This document shows positions 46,720 to 57,263 of a DNA stretch of 64,000 bases, piece after piece. The notes below the pieces were generated by a model. It had not been told where the DNA came from. It saw only the letters and a list, made by a program, of their open reading frames with translations, and did not search any database. The translations under genes and the position numbers were made by a program. Numbering within the stretch: position 1 is the stretch's first letter; every line of letters begins with the position of its first letter. Source of the DNA: an uncultured virus (IMG/VR IMGVR_UViG_3300032030_000052) (lineage: Duplodnaviria; Heunggongvirae; Uroviricota; Caudoviricetes); IMG/VR virus record IMGVR_UViG_3300032030_000052; one strand, given 5' to 3'.

Positions 46720-47010
46720 TCAATATTCTTCAGGAAACAGAATCGTTGTAGCCGAACGATCCTGTTCTGTAATGATCCAGATCTTCATTGGTGTCTTAAC
46801 ACCTGCTTGCTCGTATACAGCAAGGATGCGTTCACCATTTTCGAGTGCCTGATAATTGGTTTCCTTGCTCTCCTCACAAGTATCACCCCAGTCACACTCC
46901 TCATACCGCCGAATCGATTTAGATACGAATGCTGCAAACACATGGTCTTTTTGCATACGTTCCACTATGGCAGCGGTAGCCACAATTTTTCCAAGCTTAA
47001 AATTAGACAT
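46720..47010 (-). CDS. conserved plasmid/phage hypothetical protein
   Basis: GKIVATA...DWGD...ITE.DRSATTILFPEEY. Confidence 0.7.
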   Translation of the reverse strand: MSNFKLGKIVATAAIVERMQKDHVFAAFVSKSIRRYEECDWGDTCEESKETNYQALENGERILAVYEQAGVKTPMKIWIITEQDRSATTILFPEEY

Positions 47011-47087
47011 GGTCTTTTCTCCTCTCGTGTAAGTTTAGAATAGAGGGCTGCCAACGCAAATCCATGGTCAGCAGCCCTATCAGTTAG

Positions 47088-48119
47088 TTATTCAGAATCC
47101 TTCTTGAGACTCGAGAGAGCGCTATTAACGCCTTCAGCGAGTCTTTTAGCCGCTTCATGAAGAGGACTACCGATATCGGGAATGATAACTGTAGGACCTT
47201 CATCTTCTTCCTCTTTCTCGGGCAGCCACTTCTTGAACTGATTGTAGTAGTTGCCCTGATTGCCGAGTGCCTTCTTTGCGATAGCCATGGCAAGACCCTT
47301 TTCGGGATCATACTCCTCGTTCTCGCACTTCACGACGGTCTTAGTTCCATCATCCCAGAATACGATGGTAGCGGGAGCGTTGAAGACAACTTTCTTGATG
47401 GCGAGTCTAGGATATACTCGATCATAGCGTACGGGCATTTCAGTTTCCTCCTTTCTGTAATTGTTGATTGCAACCCATCCTTCTTCGGGTCCTGTGTAGA
47501 CATATTCGACGTCGTTGTATGAGACGACGAATCCGATTTGAGGGGATATTGTGCGTCTGCCGATGGTGGTTCCGGTATGATGAATGATCTGCACAAGCCA
47601 TCCCTTTGGATTATCGCGAATGTTGGTGTCCGTTTCACCGATGTATCTGAGATTGTACTTAGCGAGAACCCGGTTGCCGTCCTGCACGATTGCGTCCGGA
47701 ACACCCCAATTAAGGACGGGCGGTTTCTCATACCCACGCATAGCTTCCTCAGCCATTTTAGCGAATGGATTAGCTGCATCATGGATCCCTCTGGTCGACG
47801 GATAGATTCTCTTCCCCATATACCGTTTCTCATACGAGATACCTGGTTTCGGGCCATCATAATCAGTACACGGACCGGGGTGGAAATCAATCCACTCTTT
47901 TCCGGTCCATACGTACAGATTATCGTTGTATCGAAACACTTCATTCTCGGTAGCCGCGCAATGACACCAGTCGCCATCCTCAGATACTTTGATGCATGCA
48001 TCACTATCGAATTTGTTCGTAATCGGATATCGTAGTTCCCCATGGTACCGGAATCTCTTCGGTTTCTCAACCGGAATCGGTTCGAGATCCATGCACATGA
48101 TGTCGCGAACGAGACTCAT
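47088..48119 (-). CDS. multidomain hypothetical protein
   Basis: C-terminal IKKVVFN.PATIVFW.DGTKTVVKC...DPEKGLAMA domain. Confidence 0.75.
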   Translation of the reverse strand: MSLVRDIMCMDLEPIPVEKPKRFRYHGELRYPITNKFDSDACIKVSEDGDWCHCAATENEVFRYNDNLYVWTGKEWIDFHPGPCTDYDGPKPGISYEKRYMGKRIYPSTRGIHDAANPFAKMAEEAMRGYEKPPVLNWGVPDAIVQDGNRVLAKYNLRYIGETDTNIRDNPKGWLVQIIHHTGTTIGRRTISPQIGFVVSYNDVEYVYTGPEEGWVAINNYRKEETEMPVRYDRVYPRLAIKKVVFNAPATIVFWDDGTKTVVKCENEEYDPEKGLAMAIAKKALGNQGNYYNQFKKWLPEKEEEDEGPTVIIPDIGSPLHEAAKRLAEGVNSALSSLKKDSE

Positions 48120-48634
48120 CAGTCATCATCCCTTCTACCGCGGTAACGCTTGAAGCGGTTGATGTACGGGTCAGACTCGAAGTCCTGCTCGACATACATG
48201 GTCTTGATGTAGAGGGTGTAGCCGTCCTTATCCTTCTTCGGCGCAGCGTTCAGGACAACGTGAATCGCTGTTACGCGGATGTTATCGATAGTGCCGACAG
48301 TCTCTTCGTCCATCGGAACAGCCTCTTCATCTGCGTTAACGAGATAAACGTCCGGCAGATACTTGAGAAGCTCGCCATACTTATTGCGATAACTGAGGGT
48401 AGCGCGGACGAAGTAGGTCGGAACGAAATCGTCCGGATCATCGTCCTCACGAGGAGACGTCTCGAACACTTCGACACCTTTGTCACGCAGGTCCTGAACC
48501 TGATGCGGGTCAGGAACGATGATTGTGCAGGTACGGGTCTTAGCACCGAACTTGCTCTTGGTCGGGTCGCCCGAGAGATTCGGAGCGAACATGAATTTAG
48601 TATCGTCGATTGCGATAAGATTGAGATTAGCCAT
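48119..48634 (-). CDS. single-stranded DNA-binding protein (putative)
   Basis: F.PNLSG...Y.K.MYV; located in the replication module. Confidence 0.7.
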   Translation of the reverse strand: MANLNLIAIDDTKFMFAPNLSGDPTKSKFGAKTRTCTIIVPDPHQVQDLRDKGVEVFETSPREDDDPDDFVPTYFVRATLSYRNKYGELLKYLPDVYLVNADEEAVPMDEETVGTIDNIRVTAIHVVLNAAPKKDKDGYTLYIKTMYVEQDFESDPYINRFKRYRGRRDDD

Positions 48635-48660
48635 GGTTATTCTCCTTTTCAATAAATAAG

Positions 48661-49041
48661 TTATAAACCAAGTTCCGCTTTTCGCTGCGCAAACTTTGAT
48701 TTTGTGGTTTCATGGACTCGCTTTTGAGTTTCGCGAATCGCTTCGGAATGACGGTGGAGTTCAAATTCCGTCACTTTGTATGTAACGGTTCTCCATACGC
48801 CGTCATAGACATTGAATGATACGGTCATATTGCTATAATTAGCCTCGAAGTCAGAGATCTTCGCATCCGGATACTCTTCGATGGTTTCATCGGAATCGTC
48901 TCTAGCGACATCGATACAAGCATACCATGCATCGTGGACATCATCGAAAGCACCGAGACCATCGAGAACCTCGTGACAGTTCTGATCTTCATAGTCTGAT
49001 TCGTAATCGACCCACCATTCAATAACATAGATCTTAGACAT
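48661..49041 (-). CDS. acidic hypothetical protein
   Basis: ORF with GGAGG RBS. Confidence 0.65.
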   Translation of the reverse strand: MSKIYVIEWWVDYESDYEDQNCHEVLDGLGAFDDVHDAWYACIDVARDDSDETIEEYPDAKISDFEANYSNMTVSFNVYDGVWRTVTYKVTEFELHRHSEAIRETQKRVHETTKSKFAQRKAELGL

Positions 49042-49135
49042 AATTAACCTCCCAAGTTTCGCATAAGTTTAGATTTAGTTTAGAAAACCGAAGAGCACCT
49101 GTTTCCAAGTGCTCCTCTCATGGTTGTGGCGTTGG

Positions 49136-49414
49136 TCATTCAGGATCCTTGTCCTTGATAACCTTCTTGACTGCTTTGATACCTGTGCTGACCAGAGCGA
49201 TTGTACCGACCGCAACCGCTGCTCCCGCAAAGAAACTCAGATTTGTCACCTTATTGAAATAGTCGTCACTAATGACACCCCATTTCTCAGGACTGGACAT
49301 CTTGTTAATTTCTTTCATTGCAGCGTCGATAAGATCTGAATCCGCAATCGACACTGGTATCTTATTATGCTTTGTCTTACGTAAAGCGTTATCAATAATA
49401 GTACCCATCTTCAT
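49136..49414 (-). CDS. cassette-borne small membrane protein
   Basis: Promoter motif 49435-49459; TM segment; terminator about 49084-49118. Confidence 0.65.
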   Translation of the reverse strand: MKMGTIIDNALRKTKHNKIPVSIADSDLIDAAMKEINKMSSPEKWGVISDDYFNKVTNLSFFAGAAVAVGTIALVSTGIKAVKKVIKDKDPE

Positions 49415-49464
49415 GACTTAACACCTCCTTTCTCCATTACAGACGCTGTGTTTTGTGCGGAGCG

Positions 49465-52400
49465 TCAGAACGGAATAAGGTCTCCGATATCGTAACCCTT
49501 CTCGCAAATATCCGGTTGCGTCCATGGCTCATCCAAATTCACATGAGAATACGGGCAATCCCAGCAATAATCAGTTTTACTAGGATCTGGTGTATTCTCG
49601 CGATACAATGGACAATCGTGGAAATTGGGATCGCAATTGGTCGGTTCTGGGATATAGTGAACATATTGAGGAACGGTGTCTACATCAGTGAACATCTCGA
49701 CATCACCGAACTTACCGATGGTTTCACGAGCTTTCTCAACCATCTTTTCATAGTAACTCCGGTCAATATCGTCCTCTCTTCCAGAACCACGTACTTCTTC
49801 AGACTCAAGCCATAAGAAGCCTTTGGATCCAGTTGCTGCGGAATACTTGACGTTGCCTTCCTTGTCTTTACCCTCACGAAGCAGTTCTTTACCGCCACAT
49901 CCGGGTTTGATGGGGCAGAACTGTCCGACTCGTCCGACAAATTCTGGTTCGCCACCTTCCGCTCTCAGATACAAAGCTGAAGTAACCGACATGGTCTCAC
50001 ACATATCGTCAAACTCGATATCTTCATGGGTGAACAGAGTCTTGAAGACATAAGGAACGGCGAACTGAGCGCCTGTAGCAGTCCATTGTCCGCCATGCTT
50101 ACGGTTATCGTCGGGAACATACCCATAGAGTCTCTCGCAGTCTTCCGACTTGGCATATCGAGCAATGTAGACGGCGTCATTAACCAGACACATCCGCTCA
50201 TAAGTCGCTTCATGCTCGAATGTGTAGCCATAACGCTTACCGTACTCCATGACAAAGTCGATGATCTTCTTGTCCGCGTTAGGAACTTTGATCGAATCGG
50301 TCTTAATGTGAGCTACTGTGTATCCGAGCTTCTTGACTTCCTGTTCAAGATTCATCATGAACAGGGCACCACGCTTAGCGACGATGTTGTCGATGTTGCG
50401 AGGATCTTTGAACGGATTATCGAACTTAGCAGCGGTCAGACCATAAACTGAGTTGATAGCTGTCTTGAGTGCATTAGCGAGCTGTTTTGAGGTGATCTTA
50501 CCATCCTCGACCCACTTGATGTACTTCGTCAGCTTTCCGCCCAGAATATTATTGATCTCAGACCATGCCTCATGCTTGATAGACACACGTCCGTCAACGA
50601 TCTCTTTGAATCGTTTCGTGAACTCCGGACCGAAGAGACACTCGGCTATGGTGCTGTGCGGATGCATGGAAGCGATATCAAGCAATGCGTCCCAGAAATG
50701 GATTCCCGGTTCTGCATATACTCGTCCACCCTCTCCGACTTCTTCTCCGAGATAAGTTGACTTACCATACTCGTACTTGTAGCCCGGGAAGTATGGCAGA
50801 AGCGAATCTGAGTTCGTACTCCACCATTGCATCATATCAGGACAAGCGTCATTGAGGAAGTTACTCACCGCTGCCGGAAGCTCTTTCACAGGTTCCGCGA
50901 GATTTCGATAACAGAATTGGCTCTGAGGCTTCTTCTCATTACCGAAGATGAACTTAGTTGTCAGTGCGTTTGTCGTGTCATTAACTGTCAAATCAGCAAG
51001 GTCAGCAAGAATCTGTCTTGCAACCCAGTCAGATTCAAGATACCAGAACGCAGCCTCAGTCGAGATAACGTCGTTGTCACAATACTCGGCAACCTTATCC
51101 CATTGAGACTTCGGAACCGGTTTATCCCATGGCAGACCGAGCTCTTGGTGATGCACGCCCATCTCGATTTCTAGTTTCTTAAGGCTCTTCTTGTTTCCTG
51201 CTGAAGCGAAATCGTAGATGTCAGTATAACTGAGGTTGTATGCCTCACCGAAAAATCCTCGGCTGTTAGTGATGATGTTCTGACTGAGGTTATAGATTTG
51301 TTCGTTATCCAATCCGATAAGACACGCATACAGCATATGGTTATCATATCTGCGAACATTGAAACCGATCAGTCTGTTCTGAAGCAGGCGTTCGATTTCT
51401 TTTGGCGATGGGTTAATCATTCTCGTGACAGGTTTTGTCCGAGATTCATGGATTGCTTTGATGATGTCGTCAAATGAATTGGTTTCCGGTTCGATGTACT
51501 TCCAGTTTACCAGAAACAGGTTTGGAAACACCTCAACGTCATAAAATACGATTGGTGCTTCATCGTCGTCATGGTTTTCAGATGGTTCCTCAGATTTGAA
51601 ATGCATTTTTGATACCATCTTTATGCACTTATCAGCTTGATTAGTAGAGTTGGCTGCGAACGCAATAACGGCACCATAGAGGTCGCTCACATCGTAGCTC
51701 ATCCCGCTATTGTACGCATCATCGAGCACCTTGAGAATCATACTCACATTTGAGGTTGTATCGCCATGGATACGCTTCTCAAGAGCTTTCTTGATAGTGG
51801 TTCGCATCCCCTTTTCAGTCTGAACGATATCCATATTCACCATTGGTTTGGCCTTTTCTCCTTTCAGAGGCAAACCGGAACTAATGGTCGCTATTTGGTC
51901 GTTTGTACACATTGTTAGTTTTCGCCGAAGACTTGAATTGCCCGTGAATACCTTGATCTCAACATGGTCCTTATAGAGCCTCTCGAGTTTCGTAACGTCA
52001 CCCGTATAGAGATAATGCAAGTGAATCCCAGCACCTGACTTACTGAGTTCAGCATAAGTGGGCGGCCATTTCGAAGCCTCTTCAAGGTTCCTTTCGAACG
52101 ACTTGTTGCCATCGTCATCCGGAATGTCGAAGTCGATAACAATATGGTTTTCGGGACTCACCTTCACATAATGTAAAAGTGAGGTGTCCAGATCCCCAAG
52201 TGTCTTCTTGACGTTGTCCCACTTAAATCGAGGTATACCTTCGTCGTTGGCATACTGAGCAGGACAATTCGCAAGCTCGTCATCCAGAAGCGATGGTTGG
52301 TCTTGGAACTTGATCCACGTTTCGATTTTAACGGGAGAAGTCGTCCTGACCGCTTCTTCCTCGTCATCGTCAAAACCTTGGAATCTGTTCTTCTTGAACG

Positions 52401-53691
52401 TCATGAATATGCTTCTTTGACGCTCACCAGTCTCCTCGTCAAACCATCGATCATAATACTCAGCAAAGTAATTCGACAGCTCTTCCTTGAAGTTACGAAG
52501 ACTCATGGGATACGGAACTTTAGCAGCATCAGACCATGTCTTATACATCTCCCACGCCGCTTTGAGTGTCGTACTGTCATTCTTTCTGAATGTATCATAC
52601 GCATCGATCATGAAGTTGTAGAAGTCATTCGATGCAGACATCATTCGTGTCGGAACATAGTCGTCGTAGAACTCGGGATCAGACTCATATACTTCCTTAC
52701 AATGCCATGCGATATGACCAAGCTCAAAAGGAATCAGCTTCATCAACCGTGTATATTCCTTATATGAGAGTTTATTTCCGGTTGGTGTAACGTCTATAAG
52801 TCGTCTTAGGAGACCTGAACGAGAGTCAGAGATACGAACAGGCTTGTTGGTACCCATGAAGAGGAAAGTTCTGAATGCCGTCGAGTACAACTTACCGTAC
52901 TTAGTGTTGACCGACATAACCTCATGGGCAACAAGAGAATTGATTCGAGTGTTATCCTCAATCTTACTCAAGTCACCATCGTGCTGGATACCAACAAGCG
53001 GATTATCTTTGAACGGTTCAAGAGCGAACTGTGCGTTTGCGCTACCAAGAGTCTTTGATTCAAACGGCGCCGTATACCCATGGAACAGATCGTCAACAAT
53101 GTTCAATACCGTTGATTTACCCGTACCCGGAGCACCGTAGAACACCATAAACTTCTGGATTCGCTTCGAATCACCATTCACGACGCTTCCGATAGCCCAT
53201 TCTATCTTTCGCCTCTCCTCAGGAGAATACAAGGTAGACATTATGGTGTCCCAAGCCTCGCATTTACCCTCTTCCAAAGGATAATCGAGTTGATGGGACG
53301 CATATATCTCCCGCTTAAGTTCCGTGTTGGAGAAGCATAACTCGTCATCGAGCATCTTGAAGTTATCTCGAGATTGCTTCTGGACGTATTTATGCCATCG
53401 GTCGATAGAACCCGAGTCTGCATAACGCATTAACGCAGGCACAACTCGATCGTGTGGATTCTCCTCTTGAACTTGTTTGTAAACTGCCATTACTTCGGCG
53501 TCGACTAACTTGATAAGGACGTCCTCGTCAGTCGACCATAGTCCGGTTGCTTCATTGAAGACGGCGTAGAAGTCGCCACCTTTAATCATCAGGTCTTTTG
53601 ACTTGAGAATAAGGAATTCTGGGCGAACCTCTATCACAGTTCTTCCGTCTTTTTTCGTGCTGCGTGTCGCAACCGACATGAAATCAAGCAT
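49465..53691 (-). CDS. fused SF3 helicase / AEP-like primase / 3'-5' exonuclease / family B DNA polymerase
   Basis: GAPGTGKST; HIVIDFD...SKSGAGIHLHY; FYDVEVFP; LDIASMHP, KTAINSVYG, KTDS. Confidence 0.9.
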   Translation of the reverse strand: MLDFMSVATRSTKKDGRTVIEVRPEFLILKSKDLMIKGGDFYAVFNEATGLWSTDEDVLIKLVDAEVMAVYKQVQEENPHDRVVPALMRYADSGSIDRWHKYVQKQSRDNFKMLDDELCFSNTELKREIYASHQLDYPLEEGKCEAWDTIMSTLYSPEERRKIEWAIGSVVNGDSKRIQKFMVFYGAPGTGKSTVLNIVDDLFHGYTAPFESKTLGSANAQFALEPFKDNPLVGIQHDGDLSKIEDNTRINSLVAHEVMSVNTKYGKLYSTAFRTFLFMGTNKPVRISDSRSGLLRRLIDVTPTGNKLSYKEYTRLMKLIPFELGHIAWHCKEVYESDPEFYDDYVPTRMMSASNDFYNFMIDAYDTFRKNDSTTLKAAWEMYKTWSDAAKVPYPMSLRNFKEELSNYFAEYYDRWFDEETGERQRSIFMTFKKNRFQGFDDDEEEAVRTTSPVKIETWIKFQDQPSLLDDELANCPAQYANDEGIPRFKWDNVKKTLGDLDTSLLHYVKVSPENHIVIDFDIPDDDGNKSFERNLEEASKWPPTYAELSKSGAGIHLHYLYTGDVTKLERLYKDHVEIKVFTGNSSLRRKLTMCTNDQIATISSGLPLKGEKAKPMVNMDIVQTEKGMRTTIKKALEKRIHGDTTSNVSMILKVLDDAYNSGMSYDVSDLYGAVIAFAANSTNQADKCIKMVSKMHFKSEEPSENHDDDEAPIVFYDVEVFPNLFLVNWKYIEPETNSFDDIIKAIHESRTKPVTRMINPSPKEIERLLQNRLIGFNVRRYDNHMLYACLIGLDNEQIYNLSQNIITNSRGFFGEAYNLSYTDIYDFASAGNKKSLKKLEIEMGVHHQELGLPWDKPVPKSQWDKVAEYCDNDVISTEAAFWYLESDWVARQILADLADLTVNDTTNALTTKFIFGNEKKPQSQFCYRNLAEPVKELPAAVSNFLNDACPDMMQWWSTNSDSLLPYFPGYKYEYGKSTYLGEEVGEGGRVYAEPGIHFWDALLDIASMHPHSTIAECLFGPEFTKRFKEIVDGRVSIKHEAWSEINNILGGKLTKYIKWVEDGKITSKQLANALKTAINSVYGLTAAKFDNPFKDPRNIDNIVAKRGALFMMNLEQEVKKLGYTVAHIKTDSIKVPNADKKIIDFVMEYGKRYGYTFEHEATYERMCLVNDAVYIARYAKSEDCERLYGYVPDDNRKHGGQWTATGAQFAVPYVFKTLFTHEDIEFDDMCETMSVTSALYLRAEGGEPEFVGRVGQFCPIKPGCGGKELLREGKDKEGNVKYSAATGSKGFLWLESEEVRGSGREDDIDRSYYEKMVEKARETIGKFGDVEMFTDVDTVPQYVHYIPEPTNCDPNFHDCPLYRENTPDPSKTDYCWDCPYSHVNLDEPWTQPDICEKGYDIGDLIPF

Positions 53692-53707
53692 ACGCAGCCT
53701 CCTTTAT

Positions 53708-54103
53708 TTAGATTCCGAGCGGTCCCTCCGCATCGAGTGCTTCTCCTTCGTCTTCCTTGATTGAACAATAGCAGCCGCGTTCCTGCTTATCGAGCTCAAG
53801 GAGTTTGGTTTTCATGGCGTCCTTGTCGGATTCGTTCTTGATGATATACACGATACCACCGATGACAGCAATTGCGAGACCGAGTTTTGACGCCTTGCCT
53901 CTCAATTTCTTGGTAAGTCCCTTCGTAATGTTGAATAGCTCAGAGATGTCTGTCTGATGGTCACAAACAGCATCACCAAGCTCGTTAACAGATCGGAGAA
54001 ACTCGCGATTATTCATATTGAACGCTGAGATGAGCGCTCCCATCTTCTCTTCGACGGTCATACCGATAGTTTCGACAAAGCCATCTTCTCTCAAAATAGA
54101 CAT
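53708..54103 (-). CDS. membrane protein
   Basis: TM segment; GGAGG RBS. Confidence 0.6.
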   Translation of the reverse strand: MSILREDGFVETIGMTVEEKMGALISAFNMNNREFLRSVNELGDAVCDHQTDISELFNITKGLTKKLRGKASKLGLAIAVIGGIVYIIKNESDKDAMKTKLLELDKQERGCYCSIKEDEGEALDAEGPLGI

Positions 54104-54116
54104 AAGTTTACCTCCG

Positions 54117-54659
54117 TTAAGAAATTTCAAGAGTCTCGTCGAGATACCACATTGCTTGATACCATATCTCTGCTCGACGAAGATCCCTTCTTGTGTGTTT
54201 TAGACGGAATAAGCCGCCATCCCCGTTTCGAGCATACCGACGACTGAGGATGTTCTTCACGATTTCTTTCGCTTCTCCCTCGTCGTATTGCTCGTCCTTT
54301 AGCGCGTACAGACCGCTGCTCTTAAGCATTGCTTTGAACCATCTTGAAGTCTGGTCTCCAATCTCCGGATCAGCCGTGATGTGTTCTTCAATGCGCAGGG
54401 CAAGCGCTACCATCATCTCAAGCATAGAGCACGGGACGTCATCAATCCATGGGGTTACGAATCGATAATGGTAACCCTTGTCATCTGCAAATCTGTACCG
54501 CAGATTCACTCCGTCTTCGTATCGATTCCCATCTGTAGGAATGCTATATGTGAAATCGACCGAAAACAAGAAATAAAGGAGCTCTCGATGGTCCTTACAC
54601 CCGATAAAGTGAATGAGCCATTCGAAATACTCCCTTTTCATATCCTCTCTGTTCATCAA
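54117..54659 (-). CDS. conserved phage hypothetical protein
   Basis: YFEWL...D.NR..DG..LR...CS.LEMMVALA...GGLF...EIWYQ. Confidence 0.75.
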   Translation of the reverse strand: MMNREDMKREYFEWLIHFIGCKDHRELLYFLFSVDFTYSIPTDGNRYEDGVNLRYRFADDKGYHYRFVTPWIDDVPCSMLEMMVALALRIEEHITADPEIGDQTSRWFKAMLKSSGLYALKDEQYDEGEAKEIVKNILSRRYARNGDGGLFRLKHTRRDLRRAEIWYQAMWYLDETLEIS

Positions 54660-55192
54660 TCCTCCGCATCAGGCGGATCGGTGTAGTACACTCCTTCTCT
54701 GAGAATCTCGTAATCACACTTACGATCCTCGTTTCTGACATATGCGATATCCTCGTCGCCGAATGCGTCAACAAGGAGATCAAGATCACCGATCGCCTGC
54801 TCAACATCTTCCACGATGTTGTCATACTCATCAGTAACAACGCCGTCCTCGAAGTAAGACCATGTTACTGCTGTAATCATGGTGCCGTCCTTGAACTCAT
54901 CCGGAGAGATGAAGTAAGGCTTCTGTGCCGCTTTGTCACTGTATCCGTTGTCTTTGATGGCTTTGTTGTATCTTACTAGACCATCACCGCCTTTTTCAGC
55001 TTCAGCAGGAGTCTCGGATTCCTCTTTTTCTTCCTGCTTGCTGATCTTCGGCTGCTCTTCAGCTTCGACCGCGTTGCATTTCGCGATCACCTCATCGATC
55101 TGTTGACCGAAGTATTTCTTCGCGTACAGCCATGCAGCACCTGCTCCGGCTGCTGCGCCTACGATAAACGCCATAAACGATTTGTTATTCAT
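54656..55192 (-). CDS. conserved phage protein with N-terminal TM
   Basis: PY.ISP.EF...YVRN...DYEI. Confidence 0.75.
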   Translation of the reverse strand: MNNKSFMAFIVGAAAGAGAAWLYAKKYFGQQIDEVIAKCNAVEAEEQPKISKQEEKEESETPAEAEKGGDGLVRYNKAIKDNGYSDKAAQKPYFISPDEFKDGTMITAVTWSYFEDGVVTDEYDNIVEDVEQAIGDLDLLVDAFGDEDIAYVRNEDRKCDYEILREGVYYTDPPDAED

Positions 55193-55206
55193 GGTTACCT
55201 CCCTTG

Positions 55207-55440
55207 TTACCATTTGATATCGCGGGTCTCATTGGAGTATACGACCCGCTGCGTGACACGATACTCCGTGTTTGCGAGCATCTCATGATAGCGTCTTTCA
55301 GCCATCCGGATGCTTTCCCTATGCGCGTTGATTCTTTCTTCTTCTCGAGCATCTTTTTTCACCATCTCAACTGACAATATCTGGATGCAGACGAGAACAG
55401 CAAATGCCATCAGCACAAAAACAATACCGAGAATCTTCAT
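55207..55440 (-). CDS. small membrane protein
   Basis: N-terminal TM. Confidence 0.6.
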   Translation of the reverse strand: MKILGIVFVLMAFAVLVCIQILSVEMVKKDAREEERINAHRESIRMAERRYHEMLANTEYRVTQRVVYSNETRDIKW

Positions 55441-55471
55441 TTTAGTTGTCTCCTTTCAAGTTCAAAACAAG

Positions 55472-56461
55472 TTACGCGGATTTCTTATCTTTATATTTGT
55501 CGAAGGAATAGAGAATATCGCCGTCGACATTGAATTCCAGAACGAGAGAAGCTTCGCCGGGAACTTCCTCGCCATTGTCGTACGCTCTGTAGATCTTGTC
55601 GATTCCGAAATCAATGTAGTTGTCACCCTTATGATTCGGATTATTGGGCTCGTACGTCCAACCCACTGCCTGACCTTTTGCGGTGAGCGGCAGTCCGAGA
55701 CGGTGACGAACCTCATTCAGAGTTACAGGTTTGCCGTTACGGAGCTGAAGCACGGAATTGAGATAAGACTGCTCGGATCTGAGCCAGAACAGATTGCGGT
55801 CGATATCCGGATTCCATGCCGTATTTACAGTACCATCAGAATTATATTTGGTGAACAGCGCTGTATAGTCATCGTCGTCGGCAATCATAACAGTTTGCTT
55901 CTGCTCGACAACATTACCATCCTCATCCGTGGTCGTCATGGTGATGTCTTTTGCCCGCATGTTGTGGTAGATGGCTTTCTCTTCTTCTTCGCCAAACTTA
56001 TCGCGGACTCGCTTACGGTAATCTTTGAACTTCGCCGCAAGAGCCGCATAAGCCGCTGAAGCCATGGCAAGACGCTCGGACAGTGTCTTATAACCCTTGA
56101 TCTGACAGAAGATAGACAGACCGATAAGAATTAGAGACATCAGATACAGTCTCAAGCACTTGACTCCGGTCTTGATAAGAGTCGTGAAACTGTCTTTCTT
56201 GGCGTCCTCATGGGTATACTCAACGATTTCACCCTTCTCGTTTGTGGTCTTGCCGGTTTCTTCGCATTTATGGATTGTTTCCATCTGCTTCTTATGGTCT
56301 TCCAGAACCTCCTGAGCCTTGATAGTGGCTCTGCAAGCAGTCACGACACCGGCGATGGTTGTTACGATGCCAACTGCGAGGCAAATTTCAGGCGAGTGCT
56401 TCTGGATTTTCCAGCTTGTAGAGTTGATAAACCCTTTGATATTATCCATGAATTTACTCAT
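55472..56461 (-). CDS. DUF6353-like protein
   Basis: KHSPEI...G.VTAC.AT.K; LNEV...G..VGW; FNVDG. Confidence 0.75.
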   Translation of the reverse strand: MSKFMDNIKGFINSTSWKIQKHSPEICLAVGIVTTIAGVVTACRATIKAQEVLEDHKKQMETIHKCEETGKTTNEKGEIVEYTHEDAKKDSFTTLIKTGVKCLRLYLMSLILIGLSIFCQIKGYKTLSERLAMASAAYAALAAKFKDYRKRVRDKFGEEEEKAIYHNMRAKDITMTTTDEDGNVVEQKQTVMIADDDDYTALFTKYNSDGTVNTAWNPDIDRNLFWLRSEQSYLNSVLQLRNGKPVTLNEVRHRLGLPLTAKGQAVGWTYEPNNPNHKGDNYIDFGIDKIYRAYDNGEEVPGEASLVLEFNVDGDILYSFDKYKDKKSA

Positions 56462-56532
56462 GATACATACTCCTTATCTTTATTTTTGATAGTTTGCATC
56501 GAAGTTTCGCATAAGTTTAGATAAGGTGAGTA

Positions 56533-57201
56533 TTATTTGAGATCGCGAATATCCTTCGGTTTAGGAAGGATAAGAAGATACGGACGTTTGCGATTGCGAG
56601 TTCTTGTCCAGCTCATAGAGTTCAAACTGGTCCAACCTCTCTCGCTATCTGTCCATGTGTGATAGTTGCCCGTGAGCTGATAGAGGTTGGCTACTGTTGC
56701 ATAACCGGTTTCCTCGATTCGCTCCTGAAGTCTTCTCTTCACCTCTTCGGCTTCCCGTTCGGTCTTCACATGGACATTGTCATAGCTGTGCTCGCTATCA
56801 TCTTCGTTGTCGTCATCTTCATCATCGTCATCACGGCGGTAACGACTAGATTTGCGGGATTTATTAGAGCTGATGGACGAATAATTCGTATGTCCTTTGC
56901 TCTTCCGTTTGCTGCTACCGGAATACCCCTTATTCTCGAACAGCAACTCAATGGTATCAGTAACAGAGTCGAGGACGATTCCTCCGATACCGCTGATTGC
57001 ATCAAGAATTCCGGGAATAACGATGGTTTCGAAAAAGTACTCACGGATATTATCGCTATCCTCTTTCAGAAGACTTGCGAGAAATCCGCCTTTCTTCTCG
57101 ATTCGACCATCAGCTACCGGCTTCATCTCGTCGGACTGCTTCGACGGCGGTCTCGTGTCTTTTGCGTCTTTTTCACGATGGCTATTTCCATCAAAAGCCA
57201 T
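56533..57201 (-). CDS. conserved phage hypothetical protein
   Basis: GYATVANLY...TD...GW..L...YLLILPKP. Confidence 0.7.
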   Translation of the reverse strand: MAFDGNSHREKDAKDTRPPSKQSDEMKPVADGRIEKKGGFLASLLKEDSDNIREYFFETIVIPGILDAISGIGGIVLDSVTDTIELLFENKGYSGSSKRKSKGHTNYSSISSNKSRKSSRYRRDDDDEDDDNEDDSEHSYDNVHVKTEREAEEVKRRLQERIEETGYATVANLYQLTGNYHTWTDSERGWTSLNSMSWTRTRNRKRPYLLILPKPKDIRDLK

Positions 57202-57263
57202 GCGGTTCACCCCTTTCAAAAAGTGAAGAGCATCCGTAAAGAATGCTCTTCAACGTGTAGACA

